NCBI GenBank assembly: GCA_026710105.1
Contig: JAPORR010000084.1
Span: forward strand, 1-56,882
Direction: 5' to 3'
Length of the DNA stretch: 56,882 nt
Source: Alphaproteobacteria bacterium
GTDB lineage: Bacteria > Pseudomonadota > Alphaproteobacteria > Bin95
A program made the position numbers and the translations under genes. Position 1 is the first letter of the stretch. Each line of letters begins with the position of its first letter. Shown piece by piece: positions 9,085 through 17,714 of this stretch. A model generated the notes under the pieces. That model did not search any database, had not been told where the DNA came from, and was given only the letters and a program-made list of their open reading frames with translations.

Positions 9085-10304
9085 GCACCGTCTCTCCCCT
9101 CGCACCCGGGGCTTTCCCCGACATGCTGGCAGTCGACGGTGTCCGCGTCGCCACCGTTGAGGCCGGCATCCGCTACAAAGGCCGCGACGACCTGCTGCTG
9201 GTCGAACTTGTGCCCGGTGCGGCTGTCGCCGGCGCGTTGACCCGCTCACTCACTGCCTCGGCACCGGTGGAGTGGTGCCGGACAGCGCTGGCCAGCGGCC
9301 GCGCGAGGGCCATTGTGGTGAATTCGGGCAATGCCAATGCCTTTACCGGACGAGTCGGCACAGCCGCCGTGGCGCATACGGTTGCGGCGGCGGCCAATGC
9401 TCTCGGATGCGCTGAAGACGAGGTCTTCGTCTCTTCGACAGGTGTGATCGGCGAACCCTTGCCGGCGGAGAGCACCATCGTCGAGAAGCTGCCGCGGCTC
9501 GTCGAGGCGCTTGCACCCGGGGCCTGGGAAGCCGCGGCGCGGGCCATCATGACCACCGACACCTTCCCCAAAGGCGCCTCGGCGACCGCGATGATCGGCG
9601 GCCAGAGGGTGCGGATCGCCGGCATTGCCAAGGGTTCCGGAATGATCGCGCCCGACATGGCAACTATGCTGGCCTATGTGTTCACCGATGCGGCGGTGCC
9701 GCAGCCCCTGCTGCAAAAGCTGACAAGCCGGGCGGTCGAACGCAGTTTCAACGCTATCACCGTGGACAGCGACACTTCGACCAGCGACACGGTGCTGGTC
9801 GCTGCGACCGGCGCGGCTGGTAATCCGGAACCGGATGTGGCCCTGTTGCGCGGCTTCGCCCGCGCATTGGAAGCGGTTTGCCGCGATCTAGCGCATCAGA
9901 TCGTCCGCGATGGTGAAGGCGCTTCTAAATTCGTAGAGATCACCGTGTCTGGGGCTACCTCTGCCCGTGCTGCGAGGCGCATCGGTCTCGCCATTGCCAA
10001 CTCACCGCTGGTGAAGACCGCCATTGCTGGCGAGGATGCCAATTGGGGTCGGATCGTAATGGCAGTCGGCAAGGCAGGTGAGAAGGCGGATCGGGACGCA
10101 TTACGCATCGCCATCGGCGGGGTGGAGATCACCCGCGGCGGCCAGGTCGTCCCGGACTATGACGAGGCTCCTGTGGCCCGCCATATGCAGGAACAGGACA
10201 TTGTCATCGCAGTCGATGTCGGCGTCGGGCGCGGCAAGGCCACCGTCTGGACCTGCGATCTGACCCACGGCTATATCGACATCAACGGATCCTACCGCTC
10301 TTGA
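9081..10304 (+). CDS. argJ: bifunctional ornithine acetyltransferase / N-acetylglutamate synthase
   Basis: 407 aa with the autoprocessing region 'PDMATMLAYVFTDA' and C-terminal 'DLTHGYIDINGSYRS'. Confidence 0.95.
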   Translation: MSTVSPLAPGAFPDMLAVDGVRVATVEAGIRYKGRDDLLLVELVPGAAVAGALTRSLTASAPVEWCRTALASGRARAIVVNSGNANAFTGRVGTAAVAHTVAAAANALGCAEDEVFVSSTGVIGEPLPAESTIVEKLPRLVEALAPGAWEAAARAIMTTDTFPKGASATAMIGGQRVRIAGIAKGSGMIAPDMATMLAYVFTDAAVPQPLLQKLTSRAVERSFNAITVDSDTSTSDTVLVAATGAAGNPEPDVALLRGFARALEAVCRDLAHQIVRDGEGASKFVEITVSGATSARAARRIGLAIANSPLVKTAIAGEDANWGRIVMAVGKAGEKADRDALRIAIGGVEITRGGQVVPDYDEAPVARHMQEQDIVIAVDVGVGRGKATVWTCDLTHGYIDINGSYRS

Positions 10305-10702
10305 GCCGCGTGCTGCTGGTGGTCGCCGCCGCTCTGGTAGACCGAGACGGGCGCATCCTTCTGGCCCGTCGTCCCGAGGGTAAGGCGATGGCCGGGCTCT
10401 GGGAGTTCCCTGGCGGCAAACCCGCGCTCGGCGAGACGCCCGAGGCGGCCCTATTGCGCGAACTCAAGGAGGAACTCGACATCGACACGGAAGCCTCTTG
10501 TCTGGCGCCGCTTACCTTCGCGAGCCATGCCTATGCCGACTTCCACCTACTCATGCCGCTCTATGTGTGCCGCGTCTGGCAGGGCGTGCCCCGTCCGAGG
10601 GAGGGACAGCGTCTTGCCTGGGTTCGCCCGCGCGAGATGCAGGACTGGCCAATGCCGCCGGCCGACCGGCCGCTGGTGGCTATGTTGCGCGACCTGCTCT
10701 GA
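10301..10702 (+). CDS. mutT: NUDIX hydrolase, 8-oxo-dGTP diphosphatase-like
   Basis: 133 aa with Nudix box 'GGKPALGETPEAALLRELKEELDI'. Overlaps the argJ stop by 4 nt. Confidence 0.85.
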   Translation: MSRVLLVVAAALVDRDGRILLARRPEGKAMAGLWEFPGGKPALGETPEAALLRELKEELDIDTEASCLAPLTFASHAYADFHLLMPLYVCRVWQGVPRPREGQRLAWVRPREMQDWPMPPADRPLVAMLRDLL

Positions 10703-11648
10703 GGGAAGCCTGCGGCTCGCTGACGAGCCGTGCGCGGGCATTGTCGCAATCGGCAGCGATTTGGGCTTTAAGCGCGTCGAGGCCGTCGAAGCGTCGTTCT
10801 GGACGAATGAAATCAAGCATCCGAACCCGCAGGACGCGGTCGTAAATGTCCCCCGAAAAGTCGAAAATATGCACTTCGAAAGCAAGGTTCTCGCCGTCCA
10901 CAGTTGGCCGGACTCCGAGATTGGCCACGGCATCGCGCCAGACCCAGTGCCCTTTCTCCTCCAGCCCGGCGCTGACGGTGTAGACGCCGCGGGCTGGCAC
11001 CAGCAGGTCGCCGAGATCGAGGTTGGCTGTTGGGAAGCCGATCGTTCGGCCGAGCCGCTGGCCGGTCTCGACCCGGCCTACGATCTCCCAAGGATGGCCC
11101 AGCAGCCGGGCGGCTTCCACAGGTCGCCCAGCTGCCAGGTGTTCCCGGACCCGTGTCGAGGAGAACCCGACTCCGTCCGGCGCCACCACGTCCGGCATGA
11201 TAGTGACGGCGAACCCGTAATCACGGCCAAATGCAACCAGATCTTCCGGTCCACCGGCCCGGCCCTTGCCGAAGCGAAAATCATCGCCCACGACGGCATG
11301 GGAAATACCGAGGCCTTGGGCCAGCACGTCGTGGGCGAAGGATTCGGGGGCGCGTGCCGCCATCGCCCCGTCGAACGCCAGCACGAAGAGCAGGTCGAGG
11401 CCGAGCGGCTCCAGCTGGTAGATCTTGCCCTCCAGCGAAGTCAGCCGGAAGGATGGATCGTCGGGACGGAAGTAGCTTCGCGGATGCGGCTCGAAGGTCA
11501 CAGCGGCGAGCGGCGCGCCGCCGGCAATCTCTCGACAGGCGGCGAACACCGCGCGGTGGCCGCCATGTACGCCATCGAAATTGCCGAGCGCCGTGACAGC
11601 CCCCCGCGCATCCTCCGGCAGTCCGGCAGCATGTCGGAAAACCTGCAT
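10680..11648 (-). CDS. ribF: bifunctional riboflavin kinase / FMN adenylyltransferase
   Basis: 322 aa with 'ALGNFDGVHGGHRAV' and 'GFPTANL'. Confidence 0.93.
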   Translation of the reverse strand: MQVFRHAAGLPEDARGAVTALGNFDGVHGGHRAVFAACREIAGGAPLAAVTFEPHPRSYFRPDDPSFRLTSLEGKIYQLEPLGLDLLFVLAFDGAMAARAPESFAHDVLAQGLGISHAVVGDDFRFGKGRAGGPEDLVAFGRDYGFAVTIMPDVVAPDGVGFSSTRVREHLAAGRPVEAARLLGHPWEIVGRVETGQRLGRTIGFPTANLDLGDLLVPARGVYTVSAGLEEKGHWVWRDAVANLGVRPTVDGENLAFEVHIFDFSGDIYDRVLRVRMLDFIRPERRFDGLDALKAQIAADCDNARARLVSEPQASLRAGRAT

Positions 11649-11848
11649 CTAGCTTTGGCCGGCGGCGGGGCAGGGCAGAGGCACAGAACCGGAGGACATG
11701 ACGGCGCAACGAGTGGCGGGAAAGTCATCTATAGCCGAGCGTCGCATTCTGTGAAAGGTCGCCGTTCCCCGGCCGCGCCGGGAAGTCTTGCGGGACTTGC
11801 TTTCGGCTCTGCTGATGCCGGAAAATAATGCTTCGGGAGCAGTTTACC

Positions 11849-12241
11849 ATGTATGAAAAGACAACCGCGAAGATGCGTGTCCGCGTCCGCCCGGAATATC
11901 TGGAGGATCACTCCGACCCGTCGGAAGGACGCTACTTCTGGGCCTATCATATCGAAATTGTTAATGAGGGCGACCGCACCGTGAAGCTGCTGTCGCGCTA
12001 CTGGCGGATTACCGACGCGTTCGGTCGTGCCGAGGAGGTACGCGGTTCTGGCGTAGTCGGCAAGCAGCCTGTGCTCAAACCGGGCGAGAGCTTCTCCTAT
12101 TCCAGCGGCGCACCCTTGCCGACCGCGTCTGGATTCATGGTCGGGCGCTACCAGATGGTGCGCGACGACGGCGGGCGGTTTGAGATCGACATTCCAGCCT
12201 TCTCGCTCGACAGCCCCTGGGCGTCGGAGTCAATCCACTGA
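11849..12241 (+). CDS. apaG: ApaG (DUF525) protein
   Basis: '[32 protein letters not shown]...[19 protein letters not shown]'. Start taken at ATG 11849 ('MYEKTT'). Confidence 0.9.
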   Translation: MYEKTTAKMRVRVRPEYLEDHSDPSEGRYFWAYHIEIVNEGDRTVKLLSRYWRITDAFGRAEEVRGSGVVGKQPVLKPGESFSYSSGAPLPTASGFMVGRYQMVRDDGGRFEIDIPAFSLDSPWASESIH

Positions 12242-12257
12242 TCGGTTCTTCCCTTCC

Positions 12258-13727
12258 ATGATCGATATACGGCCGGTCTTCTTCATCATCGGCTGGCTGC
12301 TGGTCATGCTCGCCGGCGCGATGTTGCTGCCTGCGGTGGTCGAGACCGGCCGGGCTGAGTCGGAATCAACCGTTTTCCTGATCGGCGCGGCCATCACGCT
12401 CTTCGTCGGCGGGCTGCTGGTCGCCGTCTGTAGCTCCGTGCGACCGCATACCCAACTATATCGTTATCTCACACTCAGGCAGTCCTTTCTGATAGCGGTA
12501 TTGAGCTGGATTGTGCTCGGTGCCTTCGCTGCCCTGCCTTTGCTTCTGCTTTCGGACACCGACCTGAGTGTGACGGACGCCATGTTCGAGGCGGTTTCGG
12601 GCATTACGACCACGGGCTCGACCGTCCTCACCGGCCTTGATGATATGGCACCGGGCATCCTGCTCTGGCGGGCCCTGCTACAGTGGCTTGGCGGCATGGG
12701 CATCATCGTGACCGCAATTGCGGTCTCCCCGCTGCTCCGGGTCGGTGGCATGCAGATATTCCGGATCGAATCGAGCGACCGGTCGGAAAAAGTGCTACCG
12801 CGCGCCGCGCAGATTGCAGGCTATATCGGCGTCATCTATCTCATTATGACCGCCGCGCTGACTGGAGCGCTCACCTTTGCAGGGCTTGGGCTGTTTGATG
12901 CGGTCGTCCACGCCATGACGACCATTGCAACCGGTGGCTTCTCGACGATGGACGGCTCCGTCGGCGCGTTCGGCAACCCGGCAGTGGAATGGATCGTCAT
13001 CGCCGGCATGGTAGCCGGCTCGCTGCCCTTCGTGCTCTACATTCAGCTCATGCGCGGACGGCGAACGCGGCTCTTGGCTGACAGCCAGGTCCGCGCCTTT
13101 CTCGGCATACTTGGCGTGTCGATTGCCGTGCTGACAGTTGCGCATGCGCTAACTAACGCTGTGGACCCGCTCGAGGCGCTTCGGCAGGTTGCCTTCAATA
13201 CCACCTCCTACATGACTGGAACCGGTTATGTGACCGCAGATTTAGCCGCCTGGGGCGGGTTCGCGCCGACGGCACTCTTCTGCCTCATGTTCATCGGCGG
13301 CTGCGCCGGTTCGACCACATGCGGAATCAAGGTTTTCCGCCTCCAGGTGCTGTTTGCCGAGGCGCGCGCCCAGCTCGGCCGACTGCTTCATCCCCACGGG
13401 GTCTATGTGCCCCATTACGCCGGCAAGCCGATCACGGCCTCTGTAGCCGCTTCAGTGACCAGCTTTGTATTCCTGTTTATTGCCGCCTTCGCCGCGATCA
13501 CTGCCGGGCTTGGAATTGCAGGCCTCGACCTCGAGACAGCTGTCACGGGTGCTGCCACCGCCATCGCGAATGTTGGCCCCGGCCTCGGGGAAACCATCGG
13601 GCCACAGGGCAATTTCTCTTCGCTCAACGATCCCGCCAAGTGGCTGCTGATCTGCGGCATGCTCCTCGGCCGGCTCGAAGTGCTGAGTGTCCTCCTCCTC
13701 TTCACCCCCCGCTTCTGGCGTTCGTGA
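12258..13727 (+). CDS. trkH: TrkH-family potassium uptake protein
   Basis: Multi-pass membrane protein with repeated 'TTTG/ATGGFS/MTGTGY/CAGSTTCGIK' pore-loop-like motifs. Start at ATG 12258 ('MIDIRPVFFIIG'). Confidence 0.9.
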   Translation: MIDIRPVFFIIGWLLVMLAGAMLLPAVVETGRAESESTVFLIGAAITLFVGGLLVAVCSSVRPHTQLYRYLTLRQSFLIAVLSWIVLGAFAALPLLLLSDTDLSVTDAMFEAVSGITTTGSTVLTGLDDMAPGILLWRALLQWLGGMGIIVTAIAVSPLLRVGGMQIFRIESSDRSEKVLPRAAQIAGYIGVIYLIMTAALTGALTFAGLGLFDAVVHAMTTIATGGFSTMDGSVGAFGNPAVEWIVIAGMVAGSLPFVLYIQLMRGRRTRLLADSQVRAFLGILGVSIAVLTVAHALTNAVDPLEALRQVAFNTTSYMTGTGYVTADLAAWGGFAPTALFCLMFIGGCAGSTTCGIKVFRLQVLFAEARAQLGRLLHPHGVYVPHYAGKPITASVAASVTSFVFLFIAAFAAITAGLGIAGLDLETAVTGAATAIANVGPGLGETIGPQGNFSSLNDPAKWLLICGMLLGRLEVLSVLLLFTPRFWRS

Positions 13728-13767
13728 AGCAGGTGTCCTGCTGGCAAATAGGATCGGAGCCAAGATC

Positions 13768-15012
13768 ATGGCAAACCAACCCACCGCTGCAGTGGTTGGC
13801 GCCGGCATAGTCGGCGTCTGCTGCGCTCTCTACCTCCAGAACGAGGGGTTCAACGTCACCCTGATAGATCGCGGTGGGCCAGGCGAGGAGGCTTCCTTCG
13901 GCAATCTTGGCGGTTTCGGCGTGGCGTCCTGTCCGCCGGCCGCTATGCCGGGCATCCTTGCCAAGGTGCCGAACATGCTGCTCGACGCGGACGCGCCGCT
14001 GAAGCTTCGTTGGAGCCATGCTATCAGGGCACTGCCTTGGTTTCTGCAGTTCACCGCCAATGCCCGCCGCGAACGGGTCGAGGCAAACGCTGCCGCCCGG
14101 CAGAGCCTGCTCGACAAGGCGCATGAGGCGGTCGATCCGCTGATCGCGGAAGCGGGAGCACAGCATCTGATGAGTCACACCGGGCTCATGTTTACCTTCG
14201 AGAGCGAGCAGAGCTTCCGGGCCGCGTCCTACGCCTTCGACCTTCGTCGGCGGAACGGCGTTCGGATGGACCTGTTGGACGGCGACGAGGCGCGGCAGGT
14301 GCAGCCTGCGCTGAGCCCAGCAGTGGTACGCGCCTGGCGTGTCTCGGACTTCTGGCATACCCTTGACCCGCTCCGACTGGTGCAGGCGCTGGCCGCGCTT
14401 TTCGAGAGGCGTGGCGGCCGGTTGGATACACGGACGGTAAGCGGCTTTGACATCGGCCCGGACGGAGTGCGCGCGCTCAGAACCGCCGAAGGCGACCTGC
14501 CGGTCAGGATCGTCGTCGTGGCGGCCGGTGTGTGGTCTCGACGTCTTGCGGCCATGCTCGGCACGCGCGTGCCCTTGGAAGCCGAGCGCGGCTACCACGC
14601 CATGTTCCGTGACACGGATGTTTCCATGAATGGCGGCATCATCTCCGTAGACCGACATGTTGCAGTGACACCTATGGCGGCCGGTGTGCGCGTCGGCGGC
14701 GTCGCCGAATTTGCCCCACCTGAAGCGCCGCCAGACCCAAGGATTGCCGCACGTGTTCGCCACCACGGGGAGGCGCTGTTTCCTCGGCTGAAGGGCGGAC
14801 GTGTCACCGAATGGGTCGGGCCGCGCCCGTCGCACCCGGATTCCAGGCCAGTCATTGGCCGCTCGCCGCGCTTCGCGAATGTGCTGTTCGCCTTTGGGCA
14901 CGACCATCTCGGCCTCACCATGGGCGGGATTACCGGCAGGCTGATTTCCGAACTCGCCGTCGCCCGCCCGCCGAGCGTAGACCTTGCGCCTTTTCGCCCG
15001 GACAGGTTCTGA
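13768..15012 (+). CDS. FAD-dependent oxidoreductase (D-amino-acid dehydrogenase-like)
   Basis: Rossmann motif 'AVVGAGIVGVCCALYL' immediately after ATG 13768. 414 aa, DAO-family layout. Confidence 0.85.
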   Translation: MANQPTAAVVGAGIVGVCCALYLQNEGFNVTLIDRGGPGEEASFGNLGGFGVASCPPAAMPGILAKVPNMLLDADAPLKLRWSHAIRALPWFLQFTANARRERVEANAAARQSLLDKAHEAVDPLIAEAGAQHLMSHTGLMFTFESEQSFRAASYAFDLRRRNGVRMDLLDGDEARQVQPALSPAVVRAWRVSDFWHTLDPLRLVQALAALFERRGGRLDTRTVSGFDIGPDGVRALRTAEGDLPVRIVVVAAGVWSRRLAAMLGTRVPLEAERGYHAMFRDTDVSMNGGIISVDRHVAVTPMAAGVRVGGVAEFAPPEAPPDPRIAARVRHHGEALFPRLKGGRVTEWVGPRPSHPDSRPVIGRSPRFANVLFAFGHDHLGLTMGGITGRLISELAVARPPSVDLAPFRPDRF

Positions 15013-15171
15013 ACCTGGGCCTGATTTCACCGGACCGTTGCGAAAGCATTTAGCAGTATGTCGGCGTTCTCGAACGTAGGGCTCATTTTGTCTGTCGGTT
15101 AGCGAGTTGGAGATCTCGATTAACGCGGTTTTTGTTGGTTTTCCGAAGTGAGTTTGATCGGCGGACACGCG

Positions 15172-15597
15172 TTATGCGTGTATTTCGGCCCTGATCAAGA
15201 CCGCATAAGCGGGGTTTTCCGGATTTTGGACGGAGTCAGGCGTGCTGACGCTCGTGGAAAATGAGGGGCGGAAGTTGTAGTTCAGATTTGCCAGGGTCAT
15301 CCGCCCTGCGGCGCGTTCGGCCTCACGGACATAATCCGGGGATGTCGTCCGGTAGATGACCACCATCTCACGCCAGCCCTCTTTCCGGTATTGATTCCAC
15401 CTTCCCTCTGGATTCGTGGTGATCCCCACCTTGAACCCCCCGTTGTGCCTTGCGTAGGCTCCCAAGGCCCTGCGCAGGGTGGGGATAATTCCGGAAATAT
15501 GCCCTGTCCAGACATTCCACCTGACCGGCATCGCGGTTCGCCCCCGCCCGCCGGAGCCGCTCGTACGGGCGCGTCGCGGTCTTCCGGGCGTGTCCAT
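15172..15597 (-). CDS. hypothetical small protein with GIY-YIG/T5orf172-like core (island ORF 5)
   Basis: 'GGFKVGITTNPEGRWNQY...VREAERA' resembles the YIG-strand/Arg/Glu core. Hand-counted G/C-ending codons are about 70%. An alternative ATG lies at 15531. Confidence 0.6.
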   Translation of the reverse strand: MDTPGRPRRARTSGSGGRGRTAMPVRWNVWTGHISGIIPTLRRALGAYARHNGGFKVGITTNPEGRWNQYRKEGWREMVVIYRTTSPDYVREAERAAGRMTLANLNYNFRPSFSTSVSTPDSVQNPENPAYAVLIRAEIHA

Positions 15598-15637
15598 GCC
15601 CCGAGACGGCGGCGCCGCTCAGGACCGCGTCTATCGC

Positions 15638-16213
15638 CTATTTTAATTTTTGCATGCCCTGGCGGTGTTTTGGATTTTTTGGCTTGGACATGGATTTATG
15701 CGTAACCGTCTCCCCTATGGTGACCCGGGGAGGTTCATTGGGACTGATTTGCAGTGTCATTTGGGTTGTTTTTTCCTCGTGTTTCTCATCCACCCAGTAA
15801 GCCAGTATCGCGTATGTTGAAGCCCGATACACCACTTCGAATAGAGTGATGATCCGTTGCCGGATTGACCCGTCCTCGTCAGGCACTCCATGGAGCAACT
15901 TAAAAAGTCCATGGGTCGAGTGCTCAAATTCGGAGATGAATTCCCTCAGCGCCGTTTCCAGTTCCTGTTTATGGACAAATCTCCGTTCGCTCAGGTTGAG
16001 GATAATGGAACGGATAGTGTCGCAGTACACTTGCCATTTGGCTGATTGCTTTTGACCGTCTGGCCAGAAGGGTCTGCCTTCCTCGGCCAGGCGCTCAATC
16101 GCTCCCTGTGCCATGACAACGTGACTGGAAACCGTTTTTTGCTCAAACCGCTGAATGACATCAAAGAACTCCAGTGATCGATTCTCGAAGCGTTTTGTTT
16201 TGTTTTTCTTCAT
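15638..16213 (-). CDS. hypothetical helical protein with Lys-rich N- and C-terminal tails (island ORF 4, AT-rich)
   Basis: 191-aa uninterrupted ORF in a visibly AT-richer stretch. Protein-like composition with no recognisable motif. Confidence 0.65.
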   Translation of the reverse strand: MKKNKTKRFENRSLEFFDVIQRFEQKTVSSHVVMAQGAIERLAEEGRPFWPDGQKQSAKWQVYCDTIRSIILNLSERRFVHKQELETALREFISEFEHSTHGLFKLLHGVPDEDGSIRQRIITLFEVVYRASTYAILAYWVDEKHEEKTTQMTLQISPNEPPRVTIGETVTHKSMSKPKNPKHRQGMQKLK

Positions 16214-16488
16214 GGTCGGGCTATCCCTTCCTCTTCATGCATCCCGGCCACACGGCCGGCGGATGTCCGTTAAGCGGCCTTATCGGCCCCGCGCCCCGTG
16301 AATCGCCCGTACGGCGCGGATCCCCTTTCAGGGGCATGTTGGGCCGTCCAGGGCGCGGAATCGACGCACGGCCCGGCCGCTGGCGAAACCGCGAGGGGAC
16401 GGGAAACGAAAACCGCACGGGAAATAATCGAAGAGCACGAAGCGTGGATCGGGATCTGCGGCTGATTGGAACGGCAAACCGTCATAGG

Positions 16489-16510
16489 GGGCGATCCGAA
16501 GACCGCCCCG
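16489..16510 (-). terminator. stable hairpin with UUCG tetraloop just after the stop of island ORF 3
   Basis: The minus strand reads GGGGCGGUC-UUCG-GAUCGCCCC, starting 5 nt after the TAA at 16515-16517. There is no clean U-tract, so terminator function is uncertain. Confidence 0.35.
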
Positions 16511-16514
16511 CGTG

Positions 16515-16979
16515 TTAGTTGCTGGCCGGAATGCAGCTGTTGCCTGCCTGTTCCCAGGTTGTGTTGGACGCGGCGTTGCAGGCGTTCCGCGCCTGGACGC
16601 AGGCCGCATAATTCGCCGACTGCAGCGTTCCGCCGACAGTTGGAGTGTATGGCGCGAAACATCTGGTCGCGGAGCCTCCCCACGGATTGGATGGATCGCG
16701 GGCGGTGCGGAAACAGTGCATCCTCCAAGGGTTCAGATTGCCCTCGTAGAGACTGTAAAGCACGACGACATAATGCGCGTTTGGCTCAAGCCCGTTGACT
16801 TGCAAATGGTGGCCGCTACCCTGGAGATTCCCGGCGGCGTTGAGTTCCCCCAGCCGCTTGCCCCAGACACGGGTTGCCGCCTTGGCATCATTCCCCATGA
16901 TGGCGGCTCCCACCAGTTTCGGGGCACCCTCCGGGAACGAATCGGCGAAGCTTTTGGCTGAGCTGATACTAAGAGACAC
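16515..16979 (-). CDS. hypothetical protein, GTG start, Cys/Asn-rich C-terminus (island ORF 3)
   Basis: Hand-counted G/C-ending codons are about 70% across the ORF, including upstream of the first ATG (16898). The frame is closed by a TAG about 40 nt upstream of GTG 16979. No signal peptide. Confidence 0.6.
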   Translation of the reverse strand: MSLSISSAKSFADSFPEGAPKLVGAAIMGNDAKAATRVWGKRLGELNAAGNLQGSGHHLQVNGLEPNAHYVVVLYSLYEGNLNPWRMHCFRTARDPSNPWGGSATRCFAPYTPTVGGTLQSANYAACVQARNACNAASNTTWEQAGNSCIPASN

Positions 16980-17140
16980 GCGGATACTGTCGTGATCGGC
17001 AGGGTTGTCATCGCATAACTAGCAATCACGCTTGAAATTCGTTCTCATCGCGTTCCGACATCACCAATTTCTTGCCGCCCGGCCAAGTCACGAATGGCAA
17101 GGACCAATGGGAAGGGGCATGACCCATATGACGAACCCGG

Positions 17141-17599
17141 TCAGCAGTTCGGCGTCATTCGGCCGTTGGTCGTGTCGTACCTCATTGAACGCAGTGTATC
17201 CGGAGTTGCCGCACATTCGTGATTTGAGATTTGAGGGGACGGAACCGCGACCCAGCCGTTTGATGAAACTTTCCACCATCCACACTGGATCCTGACATCA
17301 CACTTGCAGTGATGTCCAAGCTGTCCCTTCCATCCCTCTATGCGGTCCCGCTGCTCGTCATTCAAGTCATCCGGGTCTATGGAAGTGATACCTTTGTCCA
17401 GCCACTGCGGAAATCCGCCCGCAAACTGCATCTTGCACGATCCCCTGCCGGCCTCGCTGTAGCCAAATGCCAGTCCGCATGTCCAGGTAGGGTCGCCATA
17501 CCAGTACTCGCACAGTGAAACCCCATCTGCTGACGCCGTGCCCGCGCCAGCAAACAACAGTACAGCGGTCAACACTGCGGTCATTGTGCTCCTGTTCAT
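17141..17599 (-). CDS. secreted Cys/Trp-rich hypothetical protein (island ORF 2)
   Basis: Signal peptide 'MNRSTMTAVLTAVLLFAGAGTASA'. The protein has 8 Cys and 7 Trp. GAGGTG Shine-Dalgarno 4 nt before the ATG, which lies 3 nt after the upstream frame's stop. Confidence 0.75.
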   Translation of the reverse strand: MNRSTMTAVLTAVLLFAGAGTASADGVSLCEYWYGDPTWTCGLAFGYSEAGRGSCKMQFAGGFPQWLDKGITSIDPDDLNDEQRDRIEGWKGQLGHHCKCDVRIQCGWWKVSSNGWVAVPSPQISNHECAATPDTLRSMRYDTTNGRMTPNC

Positions 17600-17714
17600 A
17601 TTTCACCTCTTTGCCGTGAAAATACCAGGATATTCGGGCGCAAAACTCCCTTTGCCGTCAAAACGCTGGGCCGCCACTATTGCGGCGTCCATCTTGCCGA
17701 CTGTGACCGATAGG

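Noticed and set aside
10527-11828. 433-aa plus-strand ORF
   Set aside because: It is antisense to ribF, which is unambiguous.
13702-15168. 488-aa minus-strand ORF
   Set aside because: It is antisense to the FAD-dependent oxidoreductase, which has a Rossmann motif at its start. It has no motifs and a shadow-ORF composition.
16980-17140. 33-aa ORF (MGHAPSHWSLPFVTWPGGKKLVMSERDENEFQA) in the spacer between island ORFs 2 and 3
   Set aside because: It has no Shine-Dalgarno, is short, and has no supporting codon bias that I could see.
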